Shown here: positions 27,441 through 40,387 of the stretch, piece after piece
Position numbering within the stretch: the stretch's first letter is position 1
How the letters are laid out: every line of letters starts with the position of its first letter
Assembly: GCA_051294905.1 (NCBI GenBank)
Contig: CM119371.1
Location: 31,064,001-31,128,000 of the forward strand
Origin: Botryllus schlosseri
Taxonomy: Eukaryota
Direction of reading: 5' to 3'
DNA length: 64,000 bases
Notes under the pieces: model-generated
Seen by the model: only the letters and a program-made list of their open reading frames with translations
What the model was told of the DNA's origin: nothing
The model's database searches: none
Translations under genes and position numbers: made by a program

Positions 27441-30400
27441 CAGAGCTCCGGAGCATCCGTAAATTTGCATTGCTCCAGCTCCGACTCCGGAGCTTTCTTC
27501 TATCATACATCAGCTCCGGCTCCAGCTCCGGAGCCCCATTATTACCACTGCTTCAGCTCCAGTTCCGGCTCCGGCTCTGAAAACTATCGAATGTGTCTGT
27601 CTTTATCAGGGGTGAGCAACCCACGGAATGCGAGCCATATGTGGCCCGCGAAAAGGTTTTGAGTGGACCGCGAGCTAATTTCCCATTTCATTATCGAAAT
27701 TATGTTTATCGAAATTGAATTGCTCAGTTTGTGAACTTGCAAGGCCAACCAAAAATATGATTAGTCTGGTCGCGACACTTGGGATGTTGACAGTGTTGGG
27801 ATCAAGTCACTACCTTCGAGTCACGAGTCATTTCGAGTCATTGCACATTTTGACTCGAGTCAAGTCAAGTCAATCGATTTTCGAAAGTGACTCGAGTCAA
27901 GTCAAGTCACTCGATTTTTGGAGTTGACTCGAGTCAAGTCGAGTCAAGTCAAGTCAAGTCACGAGTCAAGTCACAATTCAAGTCAAGTTGGCTTTTCGAA
28001 GTATGAGGCATGATTTTGTCATTTCAGTTTGCTGGCTGTCTGTAATACATATTGAGTGGTCATTGATTCTGAACCAATAAACGAATATAGAGTTAAATAT
28101 ACACGCAAGAAGACGCTGTATCGCTCACATATACCTAGAACTGCTAAACTACGTAAGTAATTGCATAGCCTCAGTTTATAGTTACCAGCCAAAATAGAGA
28201 ATAGAGAAACGAATTGATAAGATGCACTTTACAAACATTCGAGCCTGCGCCAATGGTTGATTACTATATAAACTATTTTCGAATTCAATTTCAATCAACC
28301 AAGAGGTTTATTTAAGGTAAGAACAGAAAACAGAAATATACATTTTACTATTAAATAACTTTACTATACTAGTTTACGACATCGTAAGATATAAGCTTCG
28401 ATCACTTCGTTTGCGGTTAATTTATTTGAGAAAGAACAATGAAGGCACAGTGAAACGCAAGATCATTGAATGCTTAGTCGCTTTCGCGGGTTACACGAGC
28501 GTTTCGCGAGCAATACGGCCATATGCAAGATACAATGATTTTTATCGACACCGATTACTTGATGACTTGAAATTTACTCGTGAATTTTGCTCCGAGTCAC
28601 GAGTCAATCCACATTTTTGATACGCCGAGTCAAGTCAAGTCAAGTCATTTTAGCAAATTGACTCGAGTCAAGTCAAGTCATACGAAAAAGGTGACTCGAG
28701 TCTGACTCGAGTCAAGTCATGACTCGAGTCGTCCCAACACTGGATGTTGATGACTAACATATCAGTTCCGACGCATTGACAGATCCAGGGACCAGTCACA
28801 TTTTTAGTAAATCTTCGTACATTACAATAAACTAAAAAAGTAGTAACAATTTTCGTTACGCTTCGCGTATTTAATTGTCACACGATTTTCTTGCTTTGTA
28901 GCCTAACCCTACCTGAAAAGGAAAAAGAAAGTCTTTTCGCGTTTTCGCTCGCAGAAAGATCGTCGACGATGAAAGGCATAAAGTGATTGTCGTATATTAG
29001 CAGAAATCTTCGATATCGATATGTCCAGATGCCGAATAGTCCTGTCCTTGAAAACTGAGGCAAGCGGTCGATATACAGTCCACCAGTAATATACCCTAGT
29101 AATAATAATATTACCTTTGAAAATGGTACACGCCTGTCGCGGCTAGTGGGCAGCGCACTCGTTCGTCAATTTCATGTGGCTCTTTAGCCGAAAAAATTGA
29201 CCACCTCTGATCTATATAGATTACTAATTTACCCGTAGGATAGATATCTATGGCAATCTGGAGTGTGTCAGGCGTCAGTAACATCGGATGCAGCAATGAA
29301 GACATAGGTGCTGCCGTGCCGTATTGGTCAATTGTCGAAAACATATCATAGTTGCGCTAGAACGCACTTTACTCGGCGGCATTGCTGTGTATACAGCAAT
29401 AAAATTCTGATGCGGCATTTTAACACTGGCACTGTGCTCGTTAACATTAAGCCATACAGCTCAATTCAATCTTTAAATGTGCGATTATTATTCAACTGTA
29501 ACTGTAGTAAAAGCTATATGGGCGGTTATCACGGCGAGATCAATGGAAATTCGATTTGTAACAAATGGCCAATGGTTTGACGTTAGATATTGGTGCACTC
29601 GTTACCAGTCCATCCGGTGTCGATCAAATTTATCGGAATATATTATTTTCCCGTTGATACGAGTCGAATAATCGAATTAAACACTGTGCCATGCACGTTG
29701 CGCCATGCCCATAACGAATTACACTATGCAGTATGCACAATTGCACATTGCATATTTACAAATCACAGTGCGCGATAATCCGAGAATACTAGATTATATC
29801 AAGCTGACATCGAGAATGAATTTATGAAACAGATGATTACAAATTGAAAATCGCGTATCAAATCAGTAATTTGTCTCCAACATAAAATACCATGGGGTCG
29901 TGACTCCTGACATCGCATTGAGTAGCTCGCACTGCGACAATTGTTGGGCTACTCTCCTGCCATCCCCTATTTACGCTCGAAAATCCTTACTCATTTCCGG
30001 GGTGAATGCCTATCGTGCCTCATGCGCAGCGATGAATTCAAGTTATCATACATAATTGCATACTCAATAACACTTTCCAATTTCGCGGCCCGATTAAGGA
30101 ACTAACACGGAAGAACGAGTATTTGCTCACCCGATTAATTCATTAATAGTATCGATGAGATGAAATTTCTCGGCTCGTGCTCGTCAGATCGACATGTGTA
30201 ACGAAATCACGTTTATATCCTCTTCCATTTCGTGTGATACATAGTGATCATTAGTTTCGAACCGTACAATCGGCCAAAAAGGTAGTGCTGAAGATGAAAT
30301 TGCGGGTATGCCGAATACCCACAATATTCACAGGTATATTTCGCATACATCGAGGTTCGGCACTCATGTATGGAAATTGAACATTGTATATATGACTGCT

Positions 30401-30695
30401 CTGCTGTTTAATCTCCAGGAGCATGGTTAGTCGGAAAAGGTAACGCCAAAGTGGAAAAGATTCTCAAATTCGCGAAAGCCTGCTGTTGAATTATGTGAAA
30501 TCAGGAGATATGGTTGTTGCATATATGATGGAATCTTATGAAATACATCGAAGCCGGAGCTACCCCTCAAATAACTGGCTCTATCTCCATCTCCAGCTCC
30601 GACTGAATTTATGTAGAGCTCCTGCTTCATCTCCAGCTCCGGTAAAAATGCACGGCTCTGGGGCTCCGGCTCCGGGCTCCGGCTCCAAAGCTCTG
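27441..30695. mobile_element. GCTCCG-repeat element, copy 2, with different nested insertions
   Basis: CAGAGCTCCGGAGC / GCTCCAAAGCTCTG; exact TSD ATCCGGAC; colinear with 20184-23678. Confidence 0.9.
27791..28742. mobile_element. MITE with (GAGTC/AAGTC)n subterminal arrays
   Basis: CAGTGTTGGGA / TCCCAACACTG; exact TSD GATGTTGA; empty site visible in the paralogous copy at ~20491-20510. Confidence 0.93.
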
Positions 30696-31670
30696 ATCCG
30701 GACGCGAGACAATTCTCAGTAGATTTGAAAATTTTTATGTTTCCTACGTTTGTACCAAATGTTGGGATTTTCAGGGCCTAATTATAACTAGCCGGCTATA
30801 CGGTGCTGTGTTTCGACTATAATTACCACTAGTATCAACAAGTTGGTGAGATTTTCAACCATATCCAAGAAGGCTACAGAGCTGGACCTAAAAGTAGTTG
30901 TTCATAATATAATTGATTAGAACTGGGTCGTGCTACAAGTCGGCAGCCACGGAATAAAGATGAAGAAAATTGGCCTGGTGTGAATGACTATAGTAGTCGA
31001 CAAACGCCATGAATACCATAAACAACAACAATACAACAAGTACAGAATTGAACTGTCCGAATAGAAACTGCAATTGCAAAAACATCCGCAGTTGCACATT
31101 GACCTATACACCGAATGATGGCACGAAAAAAACTTTGATACCGGTATGTAATGCAAGTACGACATTTAAAGTTCTTAATTTTGCTAAACTCGCGCTTATC
31201 GTGACGCAACTGTGATATTTGCACTATTCCGCTAACGTGGTTAGTTGCTTGCAACAATTAATAACCCGATCGACCAAGCTAATGTTCAGCATAAGCGCTT
31301 TAGGTACGGTTCTCATTATAAACCGCTATTTTAGGGCAGCCAACAGATCAAAATTCAACGTTGAAAGTTCTTTGAGTCTGATCTGGAGCGTTTTGGTACT
31401 ATTTCCGGCGAAACAAAATAACACATTAAGTGTTGTACAGTCGTATTGCAGCACCCTAAAGCCCGATAAGCACTAGCTTTGCGGCGCGACTAATGCACGA
31501 AATTTCCTGTACATATCGCGCTCTCGATCGTGGAAGTTGTGTACTGACGTATACTACGAAGCGTCAAGTAAATTCCTGCATGCAAACTGATAGTCTGTTC
31601 GTGATAGTCGACGTTTTGGTCAGTTTCGGAAACCACCGGCACGCTCGTCTCAATCTTAAGACGCAAATTA

Positions 31671-32900
31671 CACTGGTCTACAAATTTCGAAAAAAAAAAT
31701 TGCGCTAAAAATTTTAACGATTGATTTAGGCTAATTTAAGGTCGCTGAATCCGATTTTGTGCTCAGAATTTCTCTATCACGTCAGATTTATTAGGTATGT
31801 ATTTTTCTGATTTTCATAAATTAATCAAATTTCGGCTTCCGTTATTAATATTACGGTGAGCACACAACAGCAACAGATAAAACATTGTTATTTAACTAAT
31901 CTATAATAATGAAACCTGGATAGTTGTAGAACAGAATAAGTGAGTTTTCGGTGAGCTTGAAACCAACGGTTTTCTATCTTCTTTCAATAAGGAACTCTTT
32001 TCGACCCATAAATTCGTACGTGGATGCAACTATTTTTATTCGGTAGCAGTTATCATCTTTATATACCACTCGTCATTTAAATATTGTGATTAGTAGCTCC
32101 GTGCCTAATTTAGTTCCTTACGTTATCCATCTTTGAACATCTGCCCTGCAAACCAAATCAATCAATGCATTTTGTTAAAGCAGACTGCTCTTTCGTAAAA
32201 TTTTGCTAATAATAAACATTGTATTGTTGGTATATTATAAAAAAAGTGAATTGTTCATTCCGGCACATAACCCGAATATGTGGCCCTTCATGCTTGTTTT
32301 GATACATCAGAAGAAACGGGATTGGTGCTTTACCAAAGAAAATAGTGCTTGAAAGAATTTATCGCTAAGAATCTTCGCCTGTACTCATTATGCTAATTCT
32401 TTTTCTGCAGTTTCCATAAGCTGTCACATTTTGTCGGAATCGGGGAAGGCTGATTCTAAACTTTTCTTTCCTCTTTGGTTTATTACCATGAGATAAAAGG
32501 CCTATTTTTCATTGTCCATTAGAGACAGACAACCAGATGAAGGTAGAATTTTTACTAACATATCAACACGAAGCCTGAAGTGCGTGTTACTTCCCAAAAA
32601 AATATTTTTCATCGGTTGTAGGACAGTCAATCCGTTTCGACGTAGGACATACTGTGTCCCAAACCATAAATTGAGTTTTCTATGCCGTAACAAAGACAGA
32701 GATGAGCATTAGTTAATATCCGGTGATGTTTTTATATGGTTCCTAGGCTTTCTGTTAGGGTTTTACATGATCAAACGCCAGTTCTAATCCACAAAGCTTT
32801 GCAATTTTGACGGTTTCTGACATACCGTAAAATTTTACTTTGAACTAGAGTTGATCGAAGTGATCGGCGTTGCTATTCTAATAAAGCCTTACATCTCTAC
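31671..32900 (+). pseudogene. Highly decayed Chapaev3-like DNA transposon fragment
   Basis: TTA|CACTGG terminus; RIFTNISTRSLKCVLL and DEH*LISGD resemble the FIDSSKRSLKAVLL...EHQWKICGDLK motif of this transposase group (recalled, not searched). Confidence 0.45.
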
Positions 32901-33737
32901 TCAATTACAATTAAAAGTAGTAATTTCTAAGACATGTAAAAACTACTTCAAGGGGAAGACGAAACGAAAGGTCTGATAATTACTAAAATTCATTAAATAA
33001 CGAAGTATATTGGTCGAGGGTAGGGTGGCCGCATACTTTCAACAGTTAGTCGGAAATGGCTACATACGGAATCGCAGGACGTATCAGTAGTATGAGTAAT
33101 GTGCGGAATCCCCCCAGTCGCGATTTATAACCAACAAACAAAGATTATCAAGATAATAAGTAATTAAAGATTTACCTCATTATCAATTTTGCAGCAATAC
33201 TTTTATGATCCTGTGTGCGGCAATCAAAAAGGGGGATTAACGCTAGAGAGAAAAAGAACAAAGAATCCCGATTGACATTTGTACTCTGGCCAGACACGAA
33301 ACTTGGGATTTATTATATTAAACTGTAATTTTACTGTATTTTTCCACGATCCACAGCTGACTTCGTACACGACGGTGATAATAGTTGCATGGCCTGGCCT
33401 GTTGTTGCGTGGTCCAATTTCGTGGCTTGGGAGCAATAGCCCGTCAAACTGGTTGATTTGTCGTTCCGCGGTTGATTCAATTTCGTGTACGGTGGCTCAT
33501 ATGAATAATTGTCGGTCGTGACATCAGTATAGTTTTCTTCTGATCCATGAGATCCTGGTGCCTGTTTTATGAGTCAATACGTTTGGCTGTGTATAGTGAA
33601 GCTTGTGTCCTGTCTCATACTTGTCCACCTTTTGCTTTTTTGTTGCCTTAAATAGTAAAGAGAAATGATCTGCTAATTGTTATAAATATGTGTGTTATTT
33701 CGAGTCATATCGAGAACCAGAAAGAATGACGTGTATT

Positions 33738-34003
33738 CAGAGGTGGTCAGTAACGAAGTACTTCTACTTTTTGAAGTACTTGAAGTAGATTTTGCCTACT
33801 CGAACTACTTTTTAAGTAGTTATGATTTTAGACTACTTCTACTTCTACTTGACAGTTTTCAGTTTTGTAGGCAAAAATAAGCGTAGAATGCCTACTTACT
33901 TACTTACTTGTGAACCAGCACTCCTACTTCTACTTGAGTAGAAATCCCGGCGTTACTTCTACTTCTACTTGAGTAGCGACGGTGACTATTTTGACCACCT
34001 CTG
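33738..34003. mobile_element. hAT-type MITE with CTACTT repeats, left arm only
   Basis: CAGAGGTGGTCA / TGACCACCTCTG; exact TSD CGTGTATT; empty site in the right arm at ~41761-41790. Confidence 0.95.
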
Positions 34004-34869
34004 CGTGTATTAGAAATGTGTATTAGTCGCCCCCGACATAGATTAACTTAAATAAAGTAACATTGTGAATATAATAAGTAATTTAAAGAAATAGCTGATT
34101 CTCAATGTGGCTTACATCAATGTGTTAATTTCCGATATTACGTACCTAGTAATTGGTGCAAGCAACAACTGCTGTTCCACACCTTTACCGCTTTCTAGCG
34201 TCTTAGGATAGACAGTCCTAACCAAACAATGTATTTATGAAGGGTTCTTGTACTGCTTCACGTCTGGTCAAGCGTAATCATGCCGGTGTCTGTAAATGAT
34301 ATACAATTTACCGCGGCATATTATTTTTGTATGCTGTACATGATGTACAACTTGAATCGATCAGGTGGCGAACTAATGCTTTACCCGTCTGTACGATATA
34401 TATCGATCGCGAGCTCACCACGCACTTGTCGTTGGAGAGCGACTAATTTCGCTATAGACAATCAGTTGTGTTCGCGTGTACCGTAACATATCCTCAACAC
34501 TTGTTATACCAACACCTCCACGCATATTTACAATATCATACTAAGGATATATTGCTTCGGCAGCCACGCACTGTCGTTCGAATTCGACTAATTTCGCTGC
34601 AGACAATCAGTTGTGCTCGCGTGTGCCGTAAAATATCCTCAACACGTGTTATGCCAACACCTACAAAGCATATTTGCAGCATCATACTACGGATATATTA
34701 ATTCGGCGGAGTGTTACCGTCAGAGAATTGCTGTGTCACGCCTTCGAGCCTCGCATTTTCCGTTCGAACTCGGTAACTGCGATTACGATGTCAGATTCAG
34801 TTGTATAGTGACGAATCGGGATAGCTCGCTTCATCGGGGATCAGTGGGCTTACCTTATTTTGCTGAAAC

Positions 34870-36016
34870 AACTCGATCACACGACTGACGTTTCCGCAGA
34901 TCAATTTTTGGCGTTTGATCAACTCTTGTCTGGTTATGGGGTTTCTAATCACAGGACGATTGAGATTCGGGTGTGTCTTTTCGATACGTTGCGCAAACTC
35001 GATACCTTTCGTTCGGATTACGTATTCACACTGCGGAAAACATTTTGCATGTTCTGTCCAAACCTCGTCTTCACGGTCCCAACGAATCCCCCCGTCACAG
35101 TAAAAGCATTTGGTTCTGTCCGAATCGACGTAGTAAAACCCCGCTTTTGCCAACTGTTCAACACTAGCCTTAATTTTATTCGGTTCCCAGCCCTTGTCGA
35201 ACGTTGCGATTCTTTTTGACAACGACGACATGAGAGGATTCACGGGGTTAAGACAAGGAAATAGTTGCTCAAGACATCGCTTTTCGTCCTCGGTGGTTTC
35301 CCGTGGTTCTTGCAGATGTAGAGTGAGACGTCGTATTTTGTCGCCGAGCAAATTATCCAAATTGTCTCGTTCGTGCTCGGTTAGCGCCACATTCCCCGAA
35401 TCGTCGCCACGTGCGAAACAACAATCCGGGTGATACGGCAAGTGTATTTCAGATACATCGTCTGTAGGCCTCCAATTGCGGAGTACGCCGGAGCAGTTAA
35501 AGCACTGCGTTCTGTCCAGGTCACCGAGGTAGAATAAACCTTGTTTTGCCAACTCGCCGACCGCCCATGGTATGGGATAGCTGGGCCATTTCTCAAAGGT
35601 TTCGCGAAGCTTCGACTCCTTTCGTGCTCTTGATCAACGATATTCGCAAAGTTGATGTCGGCGTTTCCAACGGCTTTAAACTGTCTCAATAAACTTTTGA
35701 AATTCGATTTCACAATAGGTATGTTCAACGCGTCTCGTACACAATTCGCGTCATGACGCCGTGCACTCGAACCGGTCCATCGTTCGAGGTACACACTGCA
35801 CCCAAAGCATTTGATTTTGTCTTCAAACCCTAGCAAGTAGTATCCTTACGACGCTAAATCGATGCGTGTCGCGTATGCTACGTTGGAGAATTTGGCGAAC
35901 GTGGCGAGTCTGTACAATTCACTGCGGTGTCAACCGGAAGCGATACACGCGCGTTTCTGTCCGGGTGGATCAGAGTATCTCTCCATTGACGTTATGCCAA
36001 GCTCTTTCCTAAGCAT
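34870..36016 (-). pseudogene. Intronless inhibitor-of-apoptosis (IAP) pseudogene with three BIR domains
   Basis: BIR1 RLATF...KIKCFGC, BIR2 LAKQGLFYLG..DRTQCFNC...H..YHPDC, BIR3 RIATF...LAKAGFYY..DRTKCFYC...EHAKCFPQC. Stops at ~35931 and ~35847, frameshift near 35610. Confidence 0.93.
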
Positions 36017-38229
36017 GGAGTGCTAACACAGAGCTTTTGTGTCTAAACCTGCCCTATAGGTCAACCGAGTCGGCTCACACATATATTCCTAGTTTATCCT
36101 TGAGAGCTGTATAGATTACTGGTTTGCTGTACTTTTATGGCTGATTGACAACCGTTAGCTGTCGCTATTGCACCATTTACATATGTATTTACCAGGAGCG
36201 GGCAACTTTTGCAGTCAGCGGGGCGTGTATAGCATGGTACCTCGGCGGTGCGAATTGCTGAGTCGATATATTATTCGACCACCGATCAACATATACGAGG
36301 AATAAATCGTATTCAATGTATTTTAGCAATAGCAATGTCACTACAAAGCCGTTTTTCGTTGATAGTAACGAGGACAATGTGGATTTGAGAACGGTATTTT
36401 TATACAGGCACCGCCATGTCTGCTTCTTTTTAATCAATTAACACACGGTGAAATACTTAAATAAGATTTCATAGTGGTCTATAAGCTCGATACCCTAAAT
36501 TGACAGAGATATCAATTCATTAAAGTTGTTTTCTAACGATATTACAGACAACAATGCGTACCAGTAAACACACACCGAATTGTCACACTGTTGCGTCAAT
36601 TCCCCGACGACTCAGTATGAGACACTCTCGACCAACGAATGTACATTGGGCAACCGAAACAGGTGACCTTGCGTAGCGGGTATTTTCGATAACACCGATA
36701 CGGCAACTTTATACTGACAATGTGATGGAGAGCGGCTTAGTTCATCAGACAAAAACTGGAAGCAACAACGAGTAAAACACAAATCTAATGACCACACCGA
36801 CATTCACAGGTATTCGATAGACCTGATCATACCGAGGTCACCCAACTTTTGTATGGCACGGGTACGAAGCGGATACGAAGCATTTTGAACGGCTTTGCTC
36901 AGTCGTGGTTCTTGGCCTTCTAAGGCCTCTGTTAGCATCAGCCTATGTCACTGTTTGGAGTGCCATTGGCAAACGTCGCAATAGTGATCACTCGGTCATG
37001 TGTAGAATATAGAAATTGACGCCTGGCCTATTTGCACGACCTCATGACTTTGGTAAACTTACTAAAGCGGAAAGTCACAAAGTCACTGCCAAGTTGGACA
37101 TTGATTGATCGTTCTCTTGTTAGCGTCGATATTCGCTCGTACGCGCTTTCATGCCTTAGCATGTTTGTTATCATCGAGTGTGGTCATAAATAGACAGGGG
37201 GACAAATTTGATGAGGTCGTGCAAATAGGCCAGGCGTCAATTTCTATATTCTACACATTACCGAGTGATCACTATTGCGACGTTTACCATTGGCACTCCA
37301 AACAGTGAAATAGACTGATGCTAACAGAGGTCTTGGAAGGCCAAGAACCGCAACTGAGCAGCACCGTTCAAAATGCTTCGTACCCGTGCCATTACAGAAG
37401 TTGGGTGACCTCGGTATGATCGGGTCTATCGAATACCTGTGAATGTCGGTGTGGCCATTAGATTTGTGTTTTACTAGTTGTTGCTTCCAGTTTTTGTCTG
37501 ATGATCTAAGCCGCTCTCCATCACATTGTCAGTATAAAGTTGCCGTATCGGTGTTATCGAAAATACCCCGTACGCAAGGTCACCTGTCTCGGTTGCCCAA
37601 TGTACATTCGTTGGTCGAGAGTGTCTCATACTGAGTCGTCGGGGAATTGACGCAACAGTGTGACAATTGGGTGTGTGTTTACTGGTACGCATTGTTGTCT
37701 GTCATATCGTTAGAAAACAACTTTAATGAATTGATATCTCTGTCAATTTAGGGTATCGAGCTTATAGACCACTATGAAATCTTATTTAAGTATTTCACCG
37801 TGTGGTAATTGATTAAAGAGAAGCAGACATGGCGGTGCCTGTATAAAAATACCGTTCTCAAATCCACATTGTCCTCGTTACTATCAACGAAAAACGGCTT
37901 TGTAGTGACATTGCTATTGCTAAAATACATTGAATACGATTTATTCCTCGTATATGTTGATCGGTGGTCGAATAATGTATCGACTCAGCAATTCGCACCG
38001 CCGAGGTACCATGCTATACACGCCCCGCGGACTGCAAAAGTTGCCCGCTCCTGGTAAATACATATGTAAATGGTGCAATAGCGACAGCTAACGGTTGTCA
38101 ATCAGCCATAAAAGTACCGCTAACCAGTAATCAATACTGCTCTCCAGGAGAAACTAGGAATATACGTGTGAGCCGACTCGGTTGACCTATAGGGCAGGTT
38201 TAGACACAAAAGCTCTGTGTTAGCACTCC

Positions 38230-38922
38230 ATGCTTAGGAAAGAGCTTGGCATAGCGTCAATGAAGAGATACTCTGATCCACCCGGACAGAAACGCGCGTA
38301 TATCGCTTCCGGTTCACACCGCAGTGAATTGTACAGACTCGCCACGTTCGCCAAATTCTCTAAAGTATCATACGCGACACGCACCGATTTAGGGAATGTG
38401 GCGCTAACCGAGCACGAACGAGACAATTTGGATAAGTTGCTCGGCGACAAAATACGACGTCTCACTCTACATCTGCAAGAACCACGGGAAACCTCCGAGG
38501 ACGAAAAGCGATGTCTTGAGCAACTATTTCCTTGTCTTAACCCCGTGAATCCTCTCATGTCGTCGTTGTCAAAAAGAATCGCAACGTTCGACAAGGGCTG
38601 GGAACCGAATAAAATTAAGGCTAGTGTTGAACAGTTGGCAAAAGCGGGGTTTTACTACGTCGATTCGGACAGAACCAAATGCTTTTACTGTGACGGGGGG
38701 CTTCGCTGGGACCGTGAAGACGAGGTTTGGACAGAACATGCAAAAAGGTTTCCGCAGTGTGAATACGTAATCCGAACGAAAGGTATCGAGTTTGCGCAAC
38801 GTATCGAAAAGACACACCCGAATCTCAATCGTCCTGTGATTAGAAACCCCATAACCAGACAAAGAGTTGATCAAACGCCAAATATTGATCTGCGAAACGT
38901 TAGTCGTGTGATCGAGCTATGA
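38230..38922 (+). CDS. IAP copy in the right arm: open 230-aa frame with one intact BIR after an internal deletion (may be a pseudogene)
   Basis: ATG-to-TGA ORF; BIR1 N-terminus is fused to the BIR2-3 linker at ~38390; BIR3 keeps CFYC...EHAKRFPQC. Confidence 0.75.
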   Translation: MLRKELGIASMKRYSDPPGQKRAYIASGSHRSELYRLATFAKFSKVSYATRTDLGNVALTEHERDNLDKLLGDKIRRLTLHLQEPRETSEDEKRCLEQLFPCLNPVNPLMSSLSKRIATFDKGWEPNKIKASVEQLAKAGFYYVDSDRTKCFYCDGGLRWDREDEVWTEHAKRFPQCEYVIRTKGIEFAQRIEKTHPNLNRPVIRNPITRQRVDQTPNIDLRNVSRVIEL

Positions 38923-40387
38923 GTTAAATAGTGTCGATAAAACGATTGTAGTGTATCACCACCTTTTTGCGAAACTTGTGTAAGTGTGTCTTTTGTGCTG
39001 ATAACACTACCGAAAAATTAGAATGAATTTCGTGAATCGTAAAATTATTTGAGCAATAAGAAGATGACGGGGCCGCAGTGGCTTACTACGAGAGTCAGTC
39101 GGTGTGAATCAGCAGGCGCGTGGTCAGCTACGAAATACAGTCGCTATTTCTGAGGGACTCGAGTCAGTTTTGTTTACTATCACAGTTACCAACGTGCTTG
39201 TGCTCGACAGTTTTATGGGGACCTATTCTTTTATAATTGGGATTGAAAGCGATTTCACTGTACCGACATTTCTTCAAAACTACTTGAGTACTCCAAAGCT
39301 ATATTTTGTCCTTTCATTTGAAGTAAATTTAGCATGTGTTGTAAATGGCTCCATCTATCTCGATAACCTCGCTAGAATGAGTAGTTTCGTCTGGATCTGC
39401 AGTTCTCAGCACGTTGTGCATACACAGAGAGAGGGAATGCAGTGGCGACTTGCTCTAGTCGAGTAACGGGCGATGTCGATTTCACACGCATTCCAAAGTA
39501 CATCTTGTGAGAATGATGTACCACCACCCCGGCTATTCTAGCTACGACATTGGATCATTTGGCTGTACTAAGGTGGTATACCCCGACATGGTCGAGTGCG
39601 CTCGACCTTTTTCATGTAACGGTAGTTTGGGTCGCTTTTACTATTCACATGTTTACACAGGCCCCCGTATCCACGTAATAACCTGCACAATACAATCATA
39701 GCGTCATTTTTTCCGATTTGGCTACCTAAATACCCGAGTTCCGTAATCTAGGCCCGCATTTTGCGTTACTCGTGGTGTTTTTTTGGATATTTAAAGCTGA
39801 CAAGGAGGACAAATTGATAGAAAGAGAGTACATTTGGGCGAAGGGGTGACATATCTGGGAAATGGAGGACATATGCTCTCCTAAATGAGGCCGTATGGTA
39901 ACCCTATTAAATAGGAGGGTCGACGGGGACATCAAATGAATCGCATTGTGTTGCTGTCAACCAGAAAACTCGAGTTTTGTCAAACATGCGGATTGATGAC
40001 TGACATCAATTTTGTCACGCTCGATTGATCACAGCGGATTTGCGTACATCACACCACATCGAAATTACAAGTATTCGAACGACAAATTTGTTTGTTTGTT
40101 GGTAGGGTAAAGGTATTATCGTTTTGTGGTTGATAGGGCTTTGCTAATATACTTTTTATGGTGCTAACCTGATTGCACTAATAACACCTGTATAGTTGAA
40201 CATAATTCCGCCAATGGGTCGATACAAGGTTTCGCTGTACGCAAATGAATATGCAACGTCATCTCCATATCGTGTAAAGATAGTAGAACTATCGTGCCTG
40301 GAAGGGGGTGGAGGTCACTTAAACGTTTCCAGACCTCAAATTTCATCGGTTTAGCAAAGCCAGGGCTCGATACGGTCAAGTGTCCTG

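Noticed and set aside
27810..27990. CRISPR-like look of GAGTCAAGTC repeats (also the GATTAC, GCTCCG and CCCATATAGGG arrays)
   Set aside because: No unique spacers of regular length and no cas genes; all lie just inside TIRs as transposon subterminal repeats.
33018..33026. GGGTAGGGT with inverted ACCCTACCC at ~42491 flanking the palindrome
   Set aside because: Only a 9-bp match with no TSD; compatible with chance.
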